This document shows positions 12,254-23,975 of a stretch of DNA of 63,900 bases, piece after piece. Both the position numbers and the translations under genes were made by a program. Under the pieces are notes generated by a model, which worked only from the letters and a program-made list of their open reading frames with translations, searched no databases and was not told where the DNA came from. Location of the stretch: contig BFEA01000011.1 in the NCBI GenBank assembly GCA_003427395.1, positions 2,353,076 to 2,416,975 on the forward strand, read 5' to 3'. Each line of letters begins with the position of its first letter. Positions within the stretch are counted from its first letter, which is position 1. The stretch is from Chara braunii. Taxonomy: Eukaryota > Plantae > Charophyceae.

Positions 12254-12960
12254 ANNNNNNNNNNNNNNNNNNNNNNNNNNNNNNNNNNNNNNNNNNNNNN
12301 NNNNNNNNNNNNNNNNNNNNNNNNNNNNNNNNNNNNNNNNNNNNNNNNNNNNNNNNNNNNNNNNNNNNNNNNNNNNNNNNNNNNNNNNNNNNNNNNNNNN
12401 NNNNNNNNNNNNNNNNNNNNNNNNNNNNNNNNNNNNNNNNNNNNNNNNNNNNNNNNNNNNNNNNNNNNNNNNNNNNNNNNNNNNNNNNNNNNNNNNNNNN
12501 NNNNNNNNNNNNNNNNNNNNNNNNNNNNNNNNNNNNNNNNNNNNNNNNNNNNNNNNNNNNNNNNNNNNNNNNNNNNNNNNNNNNNNNNNNNNNNNNNNNN
12601 NNNNNNNNNNNNNNNNNNNNNNNNNNNNNNNNNNNNNNNNNNNNNNNNNNNNNNNNNNNNNNNNNNNNNNNNNNNNNNNNNNNNNNNNNNNNNNNNNNNN
12701 NNNNNNNNNNNNNNNNNNNNNNNNNNNNNNNNNNNNNNNNNNNNNNNNNNNNNNNNNNNNNNNNNNNNNNNNNNNNNNNNNNNNNNNNNNNNNNNNNNNN
12801 NNNNNNNNNNNNNNNNNNNNNNNNNNNNNNNNNNNNNNNNNNNNNNNNNNNNNNNNNNNNNNNNNNNNNNNNNNNNNNNNNNNNNNNNNNNNNNNNNNNN
12901 NNNNNNNNNNAGAAGGAGCCAGGACCACAAGGCCCTGTTTAAAAAAAAAAAAAAAAAAAA

Positions 12961-12980
12961 AAATGGTCCAATTTTTTTTT
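12961..12980 (+). pseudogene. U6: U6 snRNA copy, 3' end
   Basis: aaatggtccaattttttttt directly after the LINE poly(A) is the missing continuation of plant U6 (...GAG|AAATGGTCCAAATTTTT). Confidence 0.88.
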
Positions 12981-13175
12981 AAAATACAGCATTTAATTCC
13001 TTTAAAATCATCTTCGTTTACCCCTAGAACAAACCCACTGCTCTTCTTCTACTCGCCTCACTCATCCCCCCCCCGCCCACACACCCCGAGAGCATAAAAT
13101 ACAGCACTTAATTCCTTTAACATCAGCTTCGTTTACCCCTAAAACAACCCCATTGCTCTTCTTCTACTCCCCCCC
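12980..13175. repeat. ~115-bp tandem duplication that contains the U6 insertion site
   Basis: taaaatacagcatttaattcctttaa...ctcttcttctactc at 12980 recurs with mismatches at about 13095. Confidence 0.8.
12981..12995 (+). repeat. Right target-site duplication of the U6::LINE::U6 unit
   Basis: aaaatacagcattta immediately follows the U6 oligo-T. Confidence 0.9.
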
Positions 13176-14076
13176 TCATCCCCTCCCCTCTTCTCCCCTT
13201 CCCCCGTCGGCGCCGTCGCTACTGGCAACTGGCCCCCCTCTGTCTGGGCCTTAAGGAATGGGCCAAACAGCAGTCCCTGAGAGCTGGATCTGTTTGCATC
13301 AGCACACTATGACATTGTGGTCCGCGCACGTTGAAAATGAGCATCTCCTGGATCGGGTCATTCGTAGACGAAGACTGGCCCGCTCTCACTGCCCCATTCC
13401 TACAACACCACGCTCTGCCCATAAGGCTGCCGCTCTCAAGACTTTCCCCACTCGGATCTGGTCTTTTGTCTGTTTGTGGAAGGATTTTATTGGTATTGCT
13501 TGGAGACTTGCTGCTTTTGAAGACACTCTCTGGTGGCTTTTTGGCTAGCAGAAGAGGCGGGTCTTTGGATAAAAACTTTATTAAAAAGCCATTTGGGGTT
13601 AACAGACAATCAATCCTCTGAGGTTTTACAGGGTAATCATTGCTGTTCTGGACCACTTTCTTTCTCTGCTGATGGGATAGAGAAAAAGTGCAGCCTTGCT
13701 TCAGAAAAGTATTACATACATATTTTGTGTAATTTTTGTCACATTCACACATCTATTTAATTCTATTATCTATAGATTCTATACATATATGAAACCGGAT
13801 GCAATGCAGGCCGCCGCAAACCTTATTACTTCACTATATGCGTGAAATTCCTAACTTATTTAGTATTTAAATTTTAAAATGTTTAATTAATTTGATATTT
13901 ATTGAATCATTCCTCACAGCCCCTCGTTTGTTGTCCTTGTCCTCTTTTCCCTGTCTGCCGACGGTTTACTGGGAATTTCTGTTTGACAATATACGAATTT
14001 TTTTTTTTTTTTTTAATTGGGGTAAAAAAAAAAAAAAAAAAGCTCATTATAAAGAAATGAGAAAGACAATGCGAAC

Positions 14077-14251
14077 CTGCATTCTTAGACACAAGTATGG
14101 TACAAGTGTGGCCGGAGTAGAACTCAAATGTCATGACATTCGTCAGCGACACTTGTGGCATGCCATCCTCAGGAGCAAGTACAGTTTGCCCCAAAACATC
14201 TTCAAATAGTGTCACTAATGATGGTGGCATCCTGTTTGTATCCAGCGTTAT
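14077..14251 (-). CDS. BBS9: BBS9 internal exon F (platform domain)
   Basis: ITLDTNRMPPSLVTLFED...NVMTFEFYSGHTCTILVSKNA matches BBS9 'ITIDTNKSPVSLLSLF...NVMGFHFLGGARITVLASKTS'. Acceptor gaatgcag|, donor G|gttcgc. Confidence 0.92.
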
Positions 14252-14765
14252 CTGCATTCACATTGCAGAGCCACAAGTACACGTGGATGCCATTACTCGC
14301 ATTATTCCTATTACCGCCACCTGGATGACTACCTTCTTCACCCGAATACAGCATAGGGTCATCTGCAGTCTGTTCCCTTGTCACAGTTCTGATATTCTCC
14401 TTCCCTCTCTGGCAGCACGTTGTAGTTCAAGATGTCATTTTCCTGTTCCGGAGACAGCAGCCCCCTGTCCTCCTGTTCTCTCTGGAGGTGGGGGTCTCCT
14501 GATTCACAGTGTAAGCCTGGTTTCCTTATTGCTTGTCCTCCACCCCTGCTGGCTGTGACAGAGCCTTCCGGACTTCCAAAAGCCAAGAGTATTAAAGGGA
14601 TTGCCATCACAGTAAGAGCATCATGATATCTTTCAAGTTTCAATGTCTTGGTTAAAAGCATTGGATGGAGCAAGAAAAGTGAGAAAAAGTAAACGAAAAG
14701 AATAATAAGAAGTCAAAAATACAGAAAGACTTCCAAGCCAAAAAGCCAACTGACCACTTATGGTA

Positions 14766-14777
14766 TTTTTTTTATTT

Positions 14778-14812
<35 letters not shown>

Positions 14813-14892
14813 TTTTAACAGGTCCTTATGGCCCTGGCTCCATTTCCATTCTGGGGAGCATCAGTCCGGTTCCTTTTCCACCGGCAAGTCAG
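14766..14892 (-). mobile_element. LINE 3' end with (TAAA)n tail
   Basis: The minus strand reads gacttgccggtggaaaaggaaccggactgatgctccccagaatggaaatggagccagggccataaggacctgtt followed by (taaa)n. Confidence 0.78.
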
Positions 14893-15289
14893 AATAAAAT
14901 ATTACATCATGAAACACACTCATGCTTCCTTTCGTCTGGCCAAAGGAACCCTGACCAGCATTGATTACTCCTGCATAATGGAGGATCGACTGTCAGCTTG
15001 CCTTACTTCCACCTTTCCTCTCAGGTCCACTGCACAAACCTGTCGGATGACTAATAAAGCTCAAGAAAGGTAAGAGAAGCTATGGAAGTTACAGTCCCGG
15101 AATTTGCCCATCAATATTATGTGACCTGTGATGGATCTTGTCCTTCTGATGGCTGGAATCTCTGTCTTCTCCACCCTGCTTCTGAGTTGTGCCAGATCTT
15201 TTTTTCTTCCATTCTCATTTTAATTATACAACAAATTTCAGAGTGACCGTCGGACTGCCAAAAGTTGTTTGATTTGCAATTCTGCATTC

Positions 15290-15590
15290 CTGGGACCTTG
15301 ATGTGGACCTTGCCCAGATTTGTCCCGGCTGGACCACCCGTGCCAGAAAGAAGCAGCCCAGGCGGCCCAACTGATTTGCAATTCTGCATAACATAGTTTT
15401 TTCCCCGGGACCTTGATGGGGAGCTTTCCCAGATCTGTCCCGGTTCTTTTCCCAGGACCTTGATGGGGACTTTGCCCAGATCTTTCCCAGTTATTTTCCC
15501 GGGACCTTGATGGGGACCTCGCCCAGATCTGTCCCGGCTAAACCGCCCGGGCCAGAAAGACGCAGCCCAGGCGGCCCAACTGGCAGCCCA
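15290..15590. repeat. Local repeats of ggaccttgatggggacttt/cgcccagatct (4 copies)
   Basis: Visible directly at about 15293, 15408, 15456 and 15502. Confidence 0.8.
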
Positions 15591-15788
15591 GTAAGAACTG
15601 ATAAGAACAGTTGCCAGAAAAAAAAAAAAAAAAAAAAACAGTTGCCCAAACTACAACACAACTATGACTTTGTTTCATGATGAAAAGTGTATCCGTCCAT
15701 GGATTTTGTGTGCTCTTCAATATTATCTGGCAATAAGGGGGAAATGCTTTCATCAGGATGCCAACAACTATTTGAACAACACACAAAC

Positions 15789-16003
15789 CTTGTAGTCAGC
15801 GGTCTTCACCGGCGCAACCACTTTGCAAACAATGTGCAATGGGAGCTGGATCGCGTGCTCTGCGACACGGGGCTCTCCAGATGGTGTGAGATAGGATGCC
15901 ACCACGGCCGCTTTGAGGCAGGAAGGGACTTCTTGTTTTCCACCATGGCCACCATAGTTTTGGAACACCAGAGGGAATCCTGAAGCTACGGAACTGGTCC
16001 CAG
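15789..16003 (-). CDS. BBS9: BBS9 internal exon E
   Basis: PSCLKAAVVASYLTPSGEPRVAEHAIQLPLHIVCKVVAPVKTADYK matches BBS9 'PSELEGNAVVSYSRPT..GIPRVIQCKFRLPLKLICLPGQPSKTASHK'. Donor AAG|gtttgt. The exon starts at 16003 or 15979 (both phase 1). Confidence 0.88.
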
Positions 16004-16960
16004 CTGGGACACGTACGAGCCACACGACGAAAGAGTACAACACCACCATGGCACACAAAACAGCCATTCACATGAGAAAGCAGCACACACTGTACTGGGT
16101 AACCAACCAGACTGTATAGAGCAAGACCTGCTTAGGCTAAGCAGATACCTAGACCCCTTCCCTTTACTGGTGAAGTCGCCAGTGCTTTCCTGCTACCAGG
16201 TCTCTTTCGAGTTAGGGCAGGTACCAAGGGTCCGCTGACTTCCTAGGAGGGGCTACAAAATGACAGCTGAATTCTTCAAGGACAGAGCCGATAATGCGCT
16301 ACGACGCTACGTCAATTCCTAGGAGGGGCCACAAGGAGCTCATAAGCAAGAGAATCAGTACAATGTTAACAGAGCAGCAAGGGAAGGCTTGGGTTCTATC
16401 AGCCACATTGCGATCCCCGCCACAGGGTCAAGATGCAAAACATTGCTGCACATCTGCACATTTTCGGCACTCTGGGGCGCTGGCCCTGGTTGCCAGCAGG
16501 TGCAGCTCCCTTCCAATGAATGAACCGATGAAAGCCTTGTCAATAACAACATGATCATGCTCAAAGCAGGGCTACCCTCTGGCGACAGGCTGACCAAAAA
16601 CAAAACAAAAAAAAAGAGTAAACCACCAGTACGCTTGCCAGCCATTTGCAGAAACGTGCCATGTATGCAGGTGCGTCGGGCCAGGTGTACCAAGGCCGTT
16701 TCGCCCAAAATCCATCCAGGCAAGACAAGACGGGTAGAGAGAGAGAGAGAAAGAGAGAGAGGGAGCCTATAGGTCTCCAACCTCGCCCAACAGCTAAGTC
16801 TCCAGCCCCACGGCTCGCCGCACGCTACTTGGATCGATAGAACGAGCAAATCAAAAAGTGGCTGTGTATATTTCCCCGTTTCAGCAGAAGATTCATTCCG
16901 ATTTTGCTCATCCTATCGATGGAATGTGTGTGTGTGAGACGTTCATGATTCGACCAAGGG

Positions 16961-17005
<45 letters not shown>

Positions 17006-18042
17006 GAAAGAAAAATGAGACTCCATCAGCGAGTGTTGCTGTGCGCCACGGCGTAGCCGTGGCGGGGTCCACTTGTATTAATAATGGCACATTCAAAAAC
17101 TGGGCAAAGGAAAAGAAAGGGTGGTGATGTACTCCAGCAGCAAACAGACCCTAGCTGCACAATCCACCGAGGCAGAGAGCTTGCAAGACCGTACGGAGTA
17201 TTTCTAAGCAAAAAAGAGATGAAATAATGAGTCCGACGTCTGTGTGAGTGGGCCAGCAGGTTTGTCCATGACCCATGCAATAAGTGCAACGTCTGTGCAT
17301 CATTGTTTCCTTGACTTGGCCATCAAGCATGGTTGGGCCAGCAGGCTTGCCCATGTCCCACGCAATGCTTGGATGATGCGCTCAAGAGTGACGACTTCAA
17401 ACCCGCCCACTCGTTGCGCTTGCACATTGCTCAACAATGCTAGTCCTGGAGATGCCACGTTGATTCCGGGGTCAGCAGGAATTCACTGGGCGGGCGATAC
17501 AGGTAGTTCACCGGAGTATCTTGAGGTTGGCCTCTCTTTGGCTGTTACATCAGGCACATCAGGCACGACATAGGCATTCAGTTTGCGCCATTGCAGCCTA
17601 CCTGTGGACTCAACGGGCCCAATCACTTTTTGTATGGGAAAAATATTCCTCCTTCTTCCAGAAGAGTTGTCAAAGATGACGCGGCGAAGACTGAGACAGA
17701 CCTGGGAAAAAGGAAAAGTGAATCCGAGAGACACAGAACTGAGAGAGGAGGAAAGGACGCCGCCGCCCTAAAAGAGTCGTCACAAGAACCACAGCAGGAG
17801 GACATGTTCAAATCCTACTGTCTACTGTGCATCCTGTACTGGGACACTAGACCCATTTTCCAGATGTTGCCGCTCCCTACCAATGGAGCAGAGCAACCGA
17901 CGACCTTACTAGCGGAGGCTGCTCATACCACCCCCCCTAGTAGGCAGAGTCGGTTTCTTTTTATAAAACAATAGCAGGACAAACCAGCAAACTCCAAATC
18001 AAAACTCCACACCTGGCACGAAGCGATTTGGGCTGCAGCTCC

Positions 18043-18114
<72 letters not shown>

Positions 18115-18584
18115 CGCGCGCGCGCGCGCACGCTCGCTCTCGTGTCCCCAGTGAAGCACCTGCAAACAACAGGTCCTTACAATGGCTCAAAGACGATATT
18201 GATGAAATGTCGGATAATACATTGCCTAACGATATGAATCGATATGGAAAAAAAGACGGCTCAGACAGGCCAGAGAAGAGGGGGACAGAATGGACTTTTT
18301 TCTTTTTTCTTTTTGTACAAGGAAAACTCAGCTCATTTTATTACCAAAGAGGGGGACGTCCGGAACCCTCCACACAGGAGGACAGCCGGTAGCCCTGTGG
18401 AGACAATGATAATTTTTATTTTTTTTTCGTGGAGACAATGGGAACTCGAAAGGCCTTCAAATTAGAACCAGATTGGTCCTCACACCTCAAGTTCAAGCGC
18501 TAGGCCTTTCACAGATTGCACGGCTGGCCTCGGAAGCCCCCCCTCCACAGACCCAGCAATCTGGTTGGAAGATAGATACTGGAG

Positions 18585-19222
18585 GCTACCACGTAGGGCT
18601 CGCGAGGATTTCGGTGGCTCAGAGTTGCGGCACGACCTTGCCCTTGACGACTTCGGCCCCGGTTGTTGAAGGCTTGGAGGAAGCTACCCCCTCCACTCCG
18701 ACCGGCCCCGGTATGTGCAAGCAAAATCCTGTTACGAAGAACTGTATGCAAAAAAAAAAAAACTACCACGTAGGGCTGGCGAGGATTTCCGTAGTTCAGA
18801 GTTGCGGCACGACCTTGCCGTTGGCGACTTCGGCCCCCGTTGTTGAAGGCTTGGAGGAAGCTACCCCCTCCAGACCGACCGGCCCCAGTATGTGCTAGCA
18901 AAATCCTTTTATGAAGAACTGTATGCAAGGATAAAGAACTATCACGTAGGGATCGCGAGGGTTTCCGTAGTTCAGAGTTGCGGCACGACCTTGCCCTTGA
19001 CGACTTCAGCCCCAGTTGTTGAAGGCTTGGAGGAAGATACCCCCTCCAGACCAACCGGCCCCAGTATGTGCTAGCAAAATCCTTTTATGAAGAACTGTAT
19101 GCAAGGATAAAGAACTATCACGTAGGGATCGTGAGGGTTTCCGTAGTTCAGAGTTGCGGCACGACCTTGCCCTTGACGACTTCAGCCCCGGTTGTTGAAG
19201 GCTTGGAGGAAGATACCCCCAA
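18585..19222. repeat. Tandem repeat, ~176-bp unit x ~3.6
   Basis: Unit (a)ctaccacgtaggg...gaagaactgtatgcaagg recurs at about 18585, 18762, 18938 and 19114. Confidence 0.9.
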
Positions 19223-20623
19223 AATCCTTTTACGACGACCTGTACGCAAGGATAAAGAACTCCCACCCCAACTCCAGCACACATTAAGAAAGCCGGAGGC
19301 AAGACGCTTCAACCCCTGACAAGATGCTCTCAAGAGAACTAGTCACAGCTTTAGACGAACCTCTCTCTATCGATGCATCGTATTTTGTGGTGCTCAAAGA
19401 AATGAACAATGATAAGACTCGAGGGATTCGAGCTTCCTTATTGAGCTTATGTTGTGACAGGCATGTTGAGAGTTTTTTTAAGCCTCTGGAAATATCGTGA
19501 AATTGAGGGTCTCAAGCCCGATACGCATCGTAATTATGAATGTCAGCTATGATGATTCTGACTGAGAACTCAACCCGAGAGCTCTTTTATTGGATGTGTA
19601 TTGGGTGTGTCCCGGCCGGCCGTAGCAGGACCTAAGCAGCCACTTCCACCACTTGGCCCGATGCTCCCGCATTGCAATGGGTTACAGGGCGGCACAACTC
19701 GGCCCAGCGATTTACCCATGTTGATCAGCCGTGGCCACCAATCCTTCTCAGGCCACTGAAAGTGACGGCAACGGGAATAGAACCGAGGAGCACCTACGGC
19801 TGCAAAAAAGATGGGTATGGGATAATTCCTTAGCAGCAGTGTAGTGACTCGTCTTCTGTACAAGAAAGAAGATAGGGATGCCATCAAGAACTATAGACCG
19901 AGGATATGCCTCCTGATCCCACCGTACAAAATCCTAGCAAAAGCACTAGCATTTAGGATGCTGAACTGTGCGGACTGTGCGGACAAGTTATTGTTTTTCC
20001 CCAAAGCCAAATTCTTCTCTCAATTTCCCCTTTGACTATGCTTGCAGGGGTCCCCTACATGGACAAGGGTGACCAGGCTTGTTTCATTCCAGGAAGATAC
20101 ATTTTTTGTATGAAGTGCAAACACTGAATATTTTTTTTTGTATGAAATGCAAACAGTGCCAAACACTTAATGTTTTTTTTGTATGAAGTGCAAACACTGA
20201 ATGAAGCCTTCCAACAGGCAGTGAAAAAGATAACTCAAACAGCTATCACATTCTTTGACTTTGAAAAAGCATATGGCCATATAACCATATAAATTGCACC
20301 TTTTCTTTTTTTTGCGCCTTCCTCAACGTGTGTAAGGAGAAGATGCAAGTAGGCCCTAACTTCAGGAGAGGGATAAGAATATCATATTTGGATACCATGG
20401 GCTGTGTAGTACGTACAAATCAATGGACTGATATTAGACTGCTACCCTATTTCCAGATCAGTGAGGCAGGGGGAGTAGTCGGCTAGCCCCACTGATGTAC
20501 CTCTTTGTCATGGAAGCAATTGCACCCTTTTTTTTTTTTTTTTCCAAGTGTGACGGCCTTGAGATATCATCATCGCAGCGGGGTTGCACACATCAGTGCC
20601 TTTTTTTGTTTTTTTCTATCTAT

Positions 20624-20654
<31 letters not shown>

Positions 20655-22075
20655 ATCTTATTTTTTCCCTTTTTCAGTTTTTCACCAAAAAAAATTAAAA
20701 AGTCTTTTCTTTCCCCCCAAATACTAGGGAGGTCCCTGCCATTCCCACCACCCCCCCAGACGCTCAAAACCTCCATGGCACCTTCCCCCAAGCCACCTGC
20801 AGCATAGTACGGGGCCTTTCAGAACGGCCGTTTCGCCGGCCGGGTAAGACAGCCCATCCATAGAACACAGCTGGAACAGATCATGACTCTGCATTTCCAG
20901 TGTCAATTATATTCACAGGTGATTTAACTGTTTCAGTTTGCGCCACCGGCACATACTTTCGATCACTGGTCAGAGCGCTGGACACCTCTAGACTGGCCTC
21001 AGCGAGAAAAATACATTGGCACCAAAAAATGTCAGATGGCACAGCTTGCAGAGGGACCCAGTCTTCAAACCTTAACCTCACGATGACCAGAAAGCCTAAT
21101 GCAGGTTATGAACGACGCACCAGCCCTGCAAATAAATGGCTCAAAACCGGCGGGTAAAAAATACCATCCACCCAATGGGCAGATGGAGTCTGTCCATTTC
21201 ACAGCTCTGCCGGGCAGAGCTCTATACGAATCAACAGAGAGAATTTTCTCCATGACGTGGGTGCGCTCGTATCCCCACAACTAGCAGTACCAGCTGAGTT
21301 AAATTAGAAAAAAAACGAAAGAAAAAAAGTTCCCAGTATACAGAGGTAGGGAAAGGCAGGGTGGAAGTACCAGGACACTCGGTTCTTTAGAAGTCTCGGC
21401 GGACCGTGTAGGAGAGTGTGTCGGGATAGGCGGACAAGGTCCAATGGGCCGTGTTTAGTCCCAGAGGCCGCGTTAGGCCCAGTAGCCCTGAGGGTGAGAC
21501 TAAGAGTTATTAAGTATATAATTTGTTGAAGCGATAGAACCAGATATCTATGTCAGCTGTTTGTTGGATGTAGAAGAGGGAGGGAGGAAGATTGTTTGTT
21601 TTTGATTCCCTCCAGAGAGAATACTAGGCAAAAGACCAGAAAGACAAGGGTTTGTATAATAGAGATAGAGGAGGGTGAGAAAGGAAGGAAAAAGTTTCTT
21701 TGCCCGTGAGAGAGGCACGCATGAAGACCCCGGGGGGACGGCAGACATGGGAGGAGCGTTGGTACATCCTTTTCAGTTTTTCAAAACAATTAATGGAAAA
21801 CACCTAGTACTGCAAAAATATTTCCAGCAACCCAGGAGGGCTGCGACGACCTCCTAACTAGGGCATCATTACAGGGGTAGATCAGAAATCTGTCTCGGGG
21901 TCCTTCCACTATAATGGAAGCAATCAATGCCGCTGTCTTCGGGTCCTTCCCAGAAAGGAAGCAGTCAACGCCGATGTCTCAGGGTCCTTCATTCATGATG
22001 GAAAGGAGCATGGAGTTGGTCTTGTTGTAATAAACGCTGGGGACCCAGTTCCCGGTCATTACAAGAAGGAAAAAA
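18860..22075 (+). mobile_element. Decayed LINE RT plus 3' UTR remnant
   Basis: KSFYDDLYA, LLYKKEDRDAIKNYRP, YKILAKALA, FFDFEKAY, VRQG...LFVMEAIA, IIFTGDLTV (FADD equivalent), GRALY...IFSMTW; 3' UTR-like motif at 21890-22000. Confidence 0.8.
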
Positions 22076-23975
22076 AATAGAGAGAGAGAGAGAGAGAGAN
22101 NNNNNNNNNNNNNNNNNNNNNNNNNNNNNNNNNNNNNNNNNNNNNNNNNNNNNNNNNNNNNNNNNNNNNNNNNNNNNNNNNNNNNNNNNNNNNNNNNNNN
22201 NNNNNNNNNNNNNNNNNNNNNNNNNNACAAAAAAAAAAAAAAAAAAAAAAGTAGTTGCATTTTTGCCCACCGGCAGCACACGTTCTGGCATGGCATCGAG
22301 ATCTCGGAGATATACTATTCCCGAACAGATCTTCACCGAGTCTACGATAGTCGATATGTTCATGATTTGTTTTCCAAACGTTCCATCGCACGAAATGTTT
22401 AAATTTTTATGATTTTATCCTACATCGAAAATATAGTATTCCCAAACAGATCTTCACTTAGACTATAATATTCGGTATGTTCAGGATTTGTTTTGCAAAC
22501 GTTCCATCGCAAGGAATGAGCAGGAAAAGACACCAAAGCGGGCGCACTCACAATTACATGCGCTGCCAACCAGCCCAGCCCCCCCTTCTGGCCAGTAGGC
22601 CAAACCCCTTTCCGCCACAGCCAGTGTGAATACCGCCACAGTCTTAGTCAACATCGGGCCAAGTGGTGGCTTGTTTAACTGGTCATCGAGTCTCCCTCCA
22701 CTACTCGACATTCTAAACGCATCCGGACTGTGTTCCGGACCATATTCATTTGGACAGATCGAACATTTTGCACCGGAACCATAACCACAACTTGACATGA
22801 TACTTTTAAAAATGTTGTGCAGTGGAGCAAGGCCCAATGTCTCCCAAGTCCATACCCCACATCCAGCACGAGCGAACAAGTGTGTCCGCCTGCACCTGTG
22901 TGTGTGCACATGTGTGTGCACACTGCACGTATCCATGTTTCTTGTGCTGGTGTGTCCGATCCCTGCCCTTGCACCGCAGCAACCCATTTTCCAAGCACCT
23001 ACCAAACCCTGCCGCGCCACCGCGGCACTCAAATTGTCCTAGCACGGGTCTCGCTCCACTTCTCACTGCATGCATTCCATGCTCTCGCAGAAGATTCATT
23101 CTCATGTTGCAAATTTGGTGAGTCATGGAGCAAGGCCCCACCACTTCGTTTTCCTCCTTGTCCCCCCAAGCCACATCACACAGCCAAAAATGTCCGGATC
23201 TTTTGAGAAACCCACGACCGCCGGCCATTCAATTGGCCACGGGTGAGGCTTACATTTCGCCGTTGGGGCTCGCCCACCTTTCGAAAACATCCGAGCAGAG
23301 CAGAGTACCCGGCAGCAATGGGCATATGACGGCATGCACACTGCTGATTACCCCACCCCCGGCTCATTGTGAAGCACCTGCAGCCAGCCAGCTATCGGAG
23401 TAAAGGGCGCTTTCGGTCAAATCAACGATGCGTGGAGAGAGACCAGCTTGCATTCCATTTGCGCTCCAGTGCCACTTTTTTTTTTTTTTTTTTTTAATGC
23501 AATCCAGAACTGTGAAAGTCAAATGCATTTGATTGTTTGCATCATGATACCGCAAACTGATCCAGCATATTATCGTTCCCATGAAGGAGGGTGGCGATGA
23601 CTATGTCCAACACCACACTCGAATAGGATCGATTTATTGAAAAGTCTAGAACAACCTGCTACCTTGCCAAGAAAATGAATATCCTCCCACTCCCACTTTA
23701 CATTCCCCAAACACATACGATCGATACCTAACACTGGACAACAGCAGCGCAGACCAGCCAAACCAATGAACCCATCGCGAGATGATGTGATGTATACATC
23801 CCACACAACATCATCGGGCTAAATCACTTGTGTTTTTTTGGGTAGGGTTCGCGTCTCACTCATTTCGGCTGGACTCCCCACGCGTCCAGTGCTCTAGTAC
23901 CTCTCGTGCGCTATCTTTACAAGCTACAACACTACAAAGATGGACAAGTTCTTTTGAGAAGATTCCCTGTCTTCT

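Larger units (their letters stand above)
3779..12960 (+). mobile_element. Near full-length non-LTR retrotransposon (L1/Tx1-like: ORF1 zinc knuckle, APE endonuclease, RT, poly(A)) lying inside U6
   Basis: ORF1 has CFKCRQRGHLGTDASC. EN motifs are SWNVRGL, VNLYAPN, LVGDWNT and DHNP. RT motifs are NKTPSKDGLPKEFW, NYRPITLL, DFEKAYD, GDPLA and FADD. It ends ggagccaggaccacaaggccctgttt(A)20+. Several stops/frameshifts and Ns; gap at 12254-12910. Confidence 0.92.

Noticed and set aside
12254-12910. Long ORFs running through N runs (also 2633, 22100, 45731, 47177)
   Set aside because: Assembly gap artefacts. This gap is also shorter than the ~2.7 kb expected from the related copy, so its size is unreliable.
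18585-19222. CRISPR-like array
   Set aside because: The units are full tandem copies with no unique spacers, and the context is eukaryotic.
23460-23495. Poly(A) plus TSD proving SPG11 retroposition
   Set aside because: No matching upstream TSD was found and mononucleotide runs are ubiquitous in this window.
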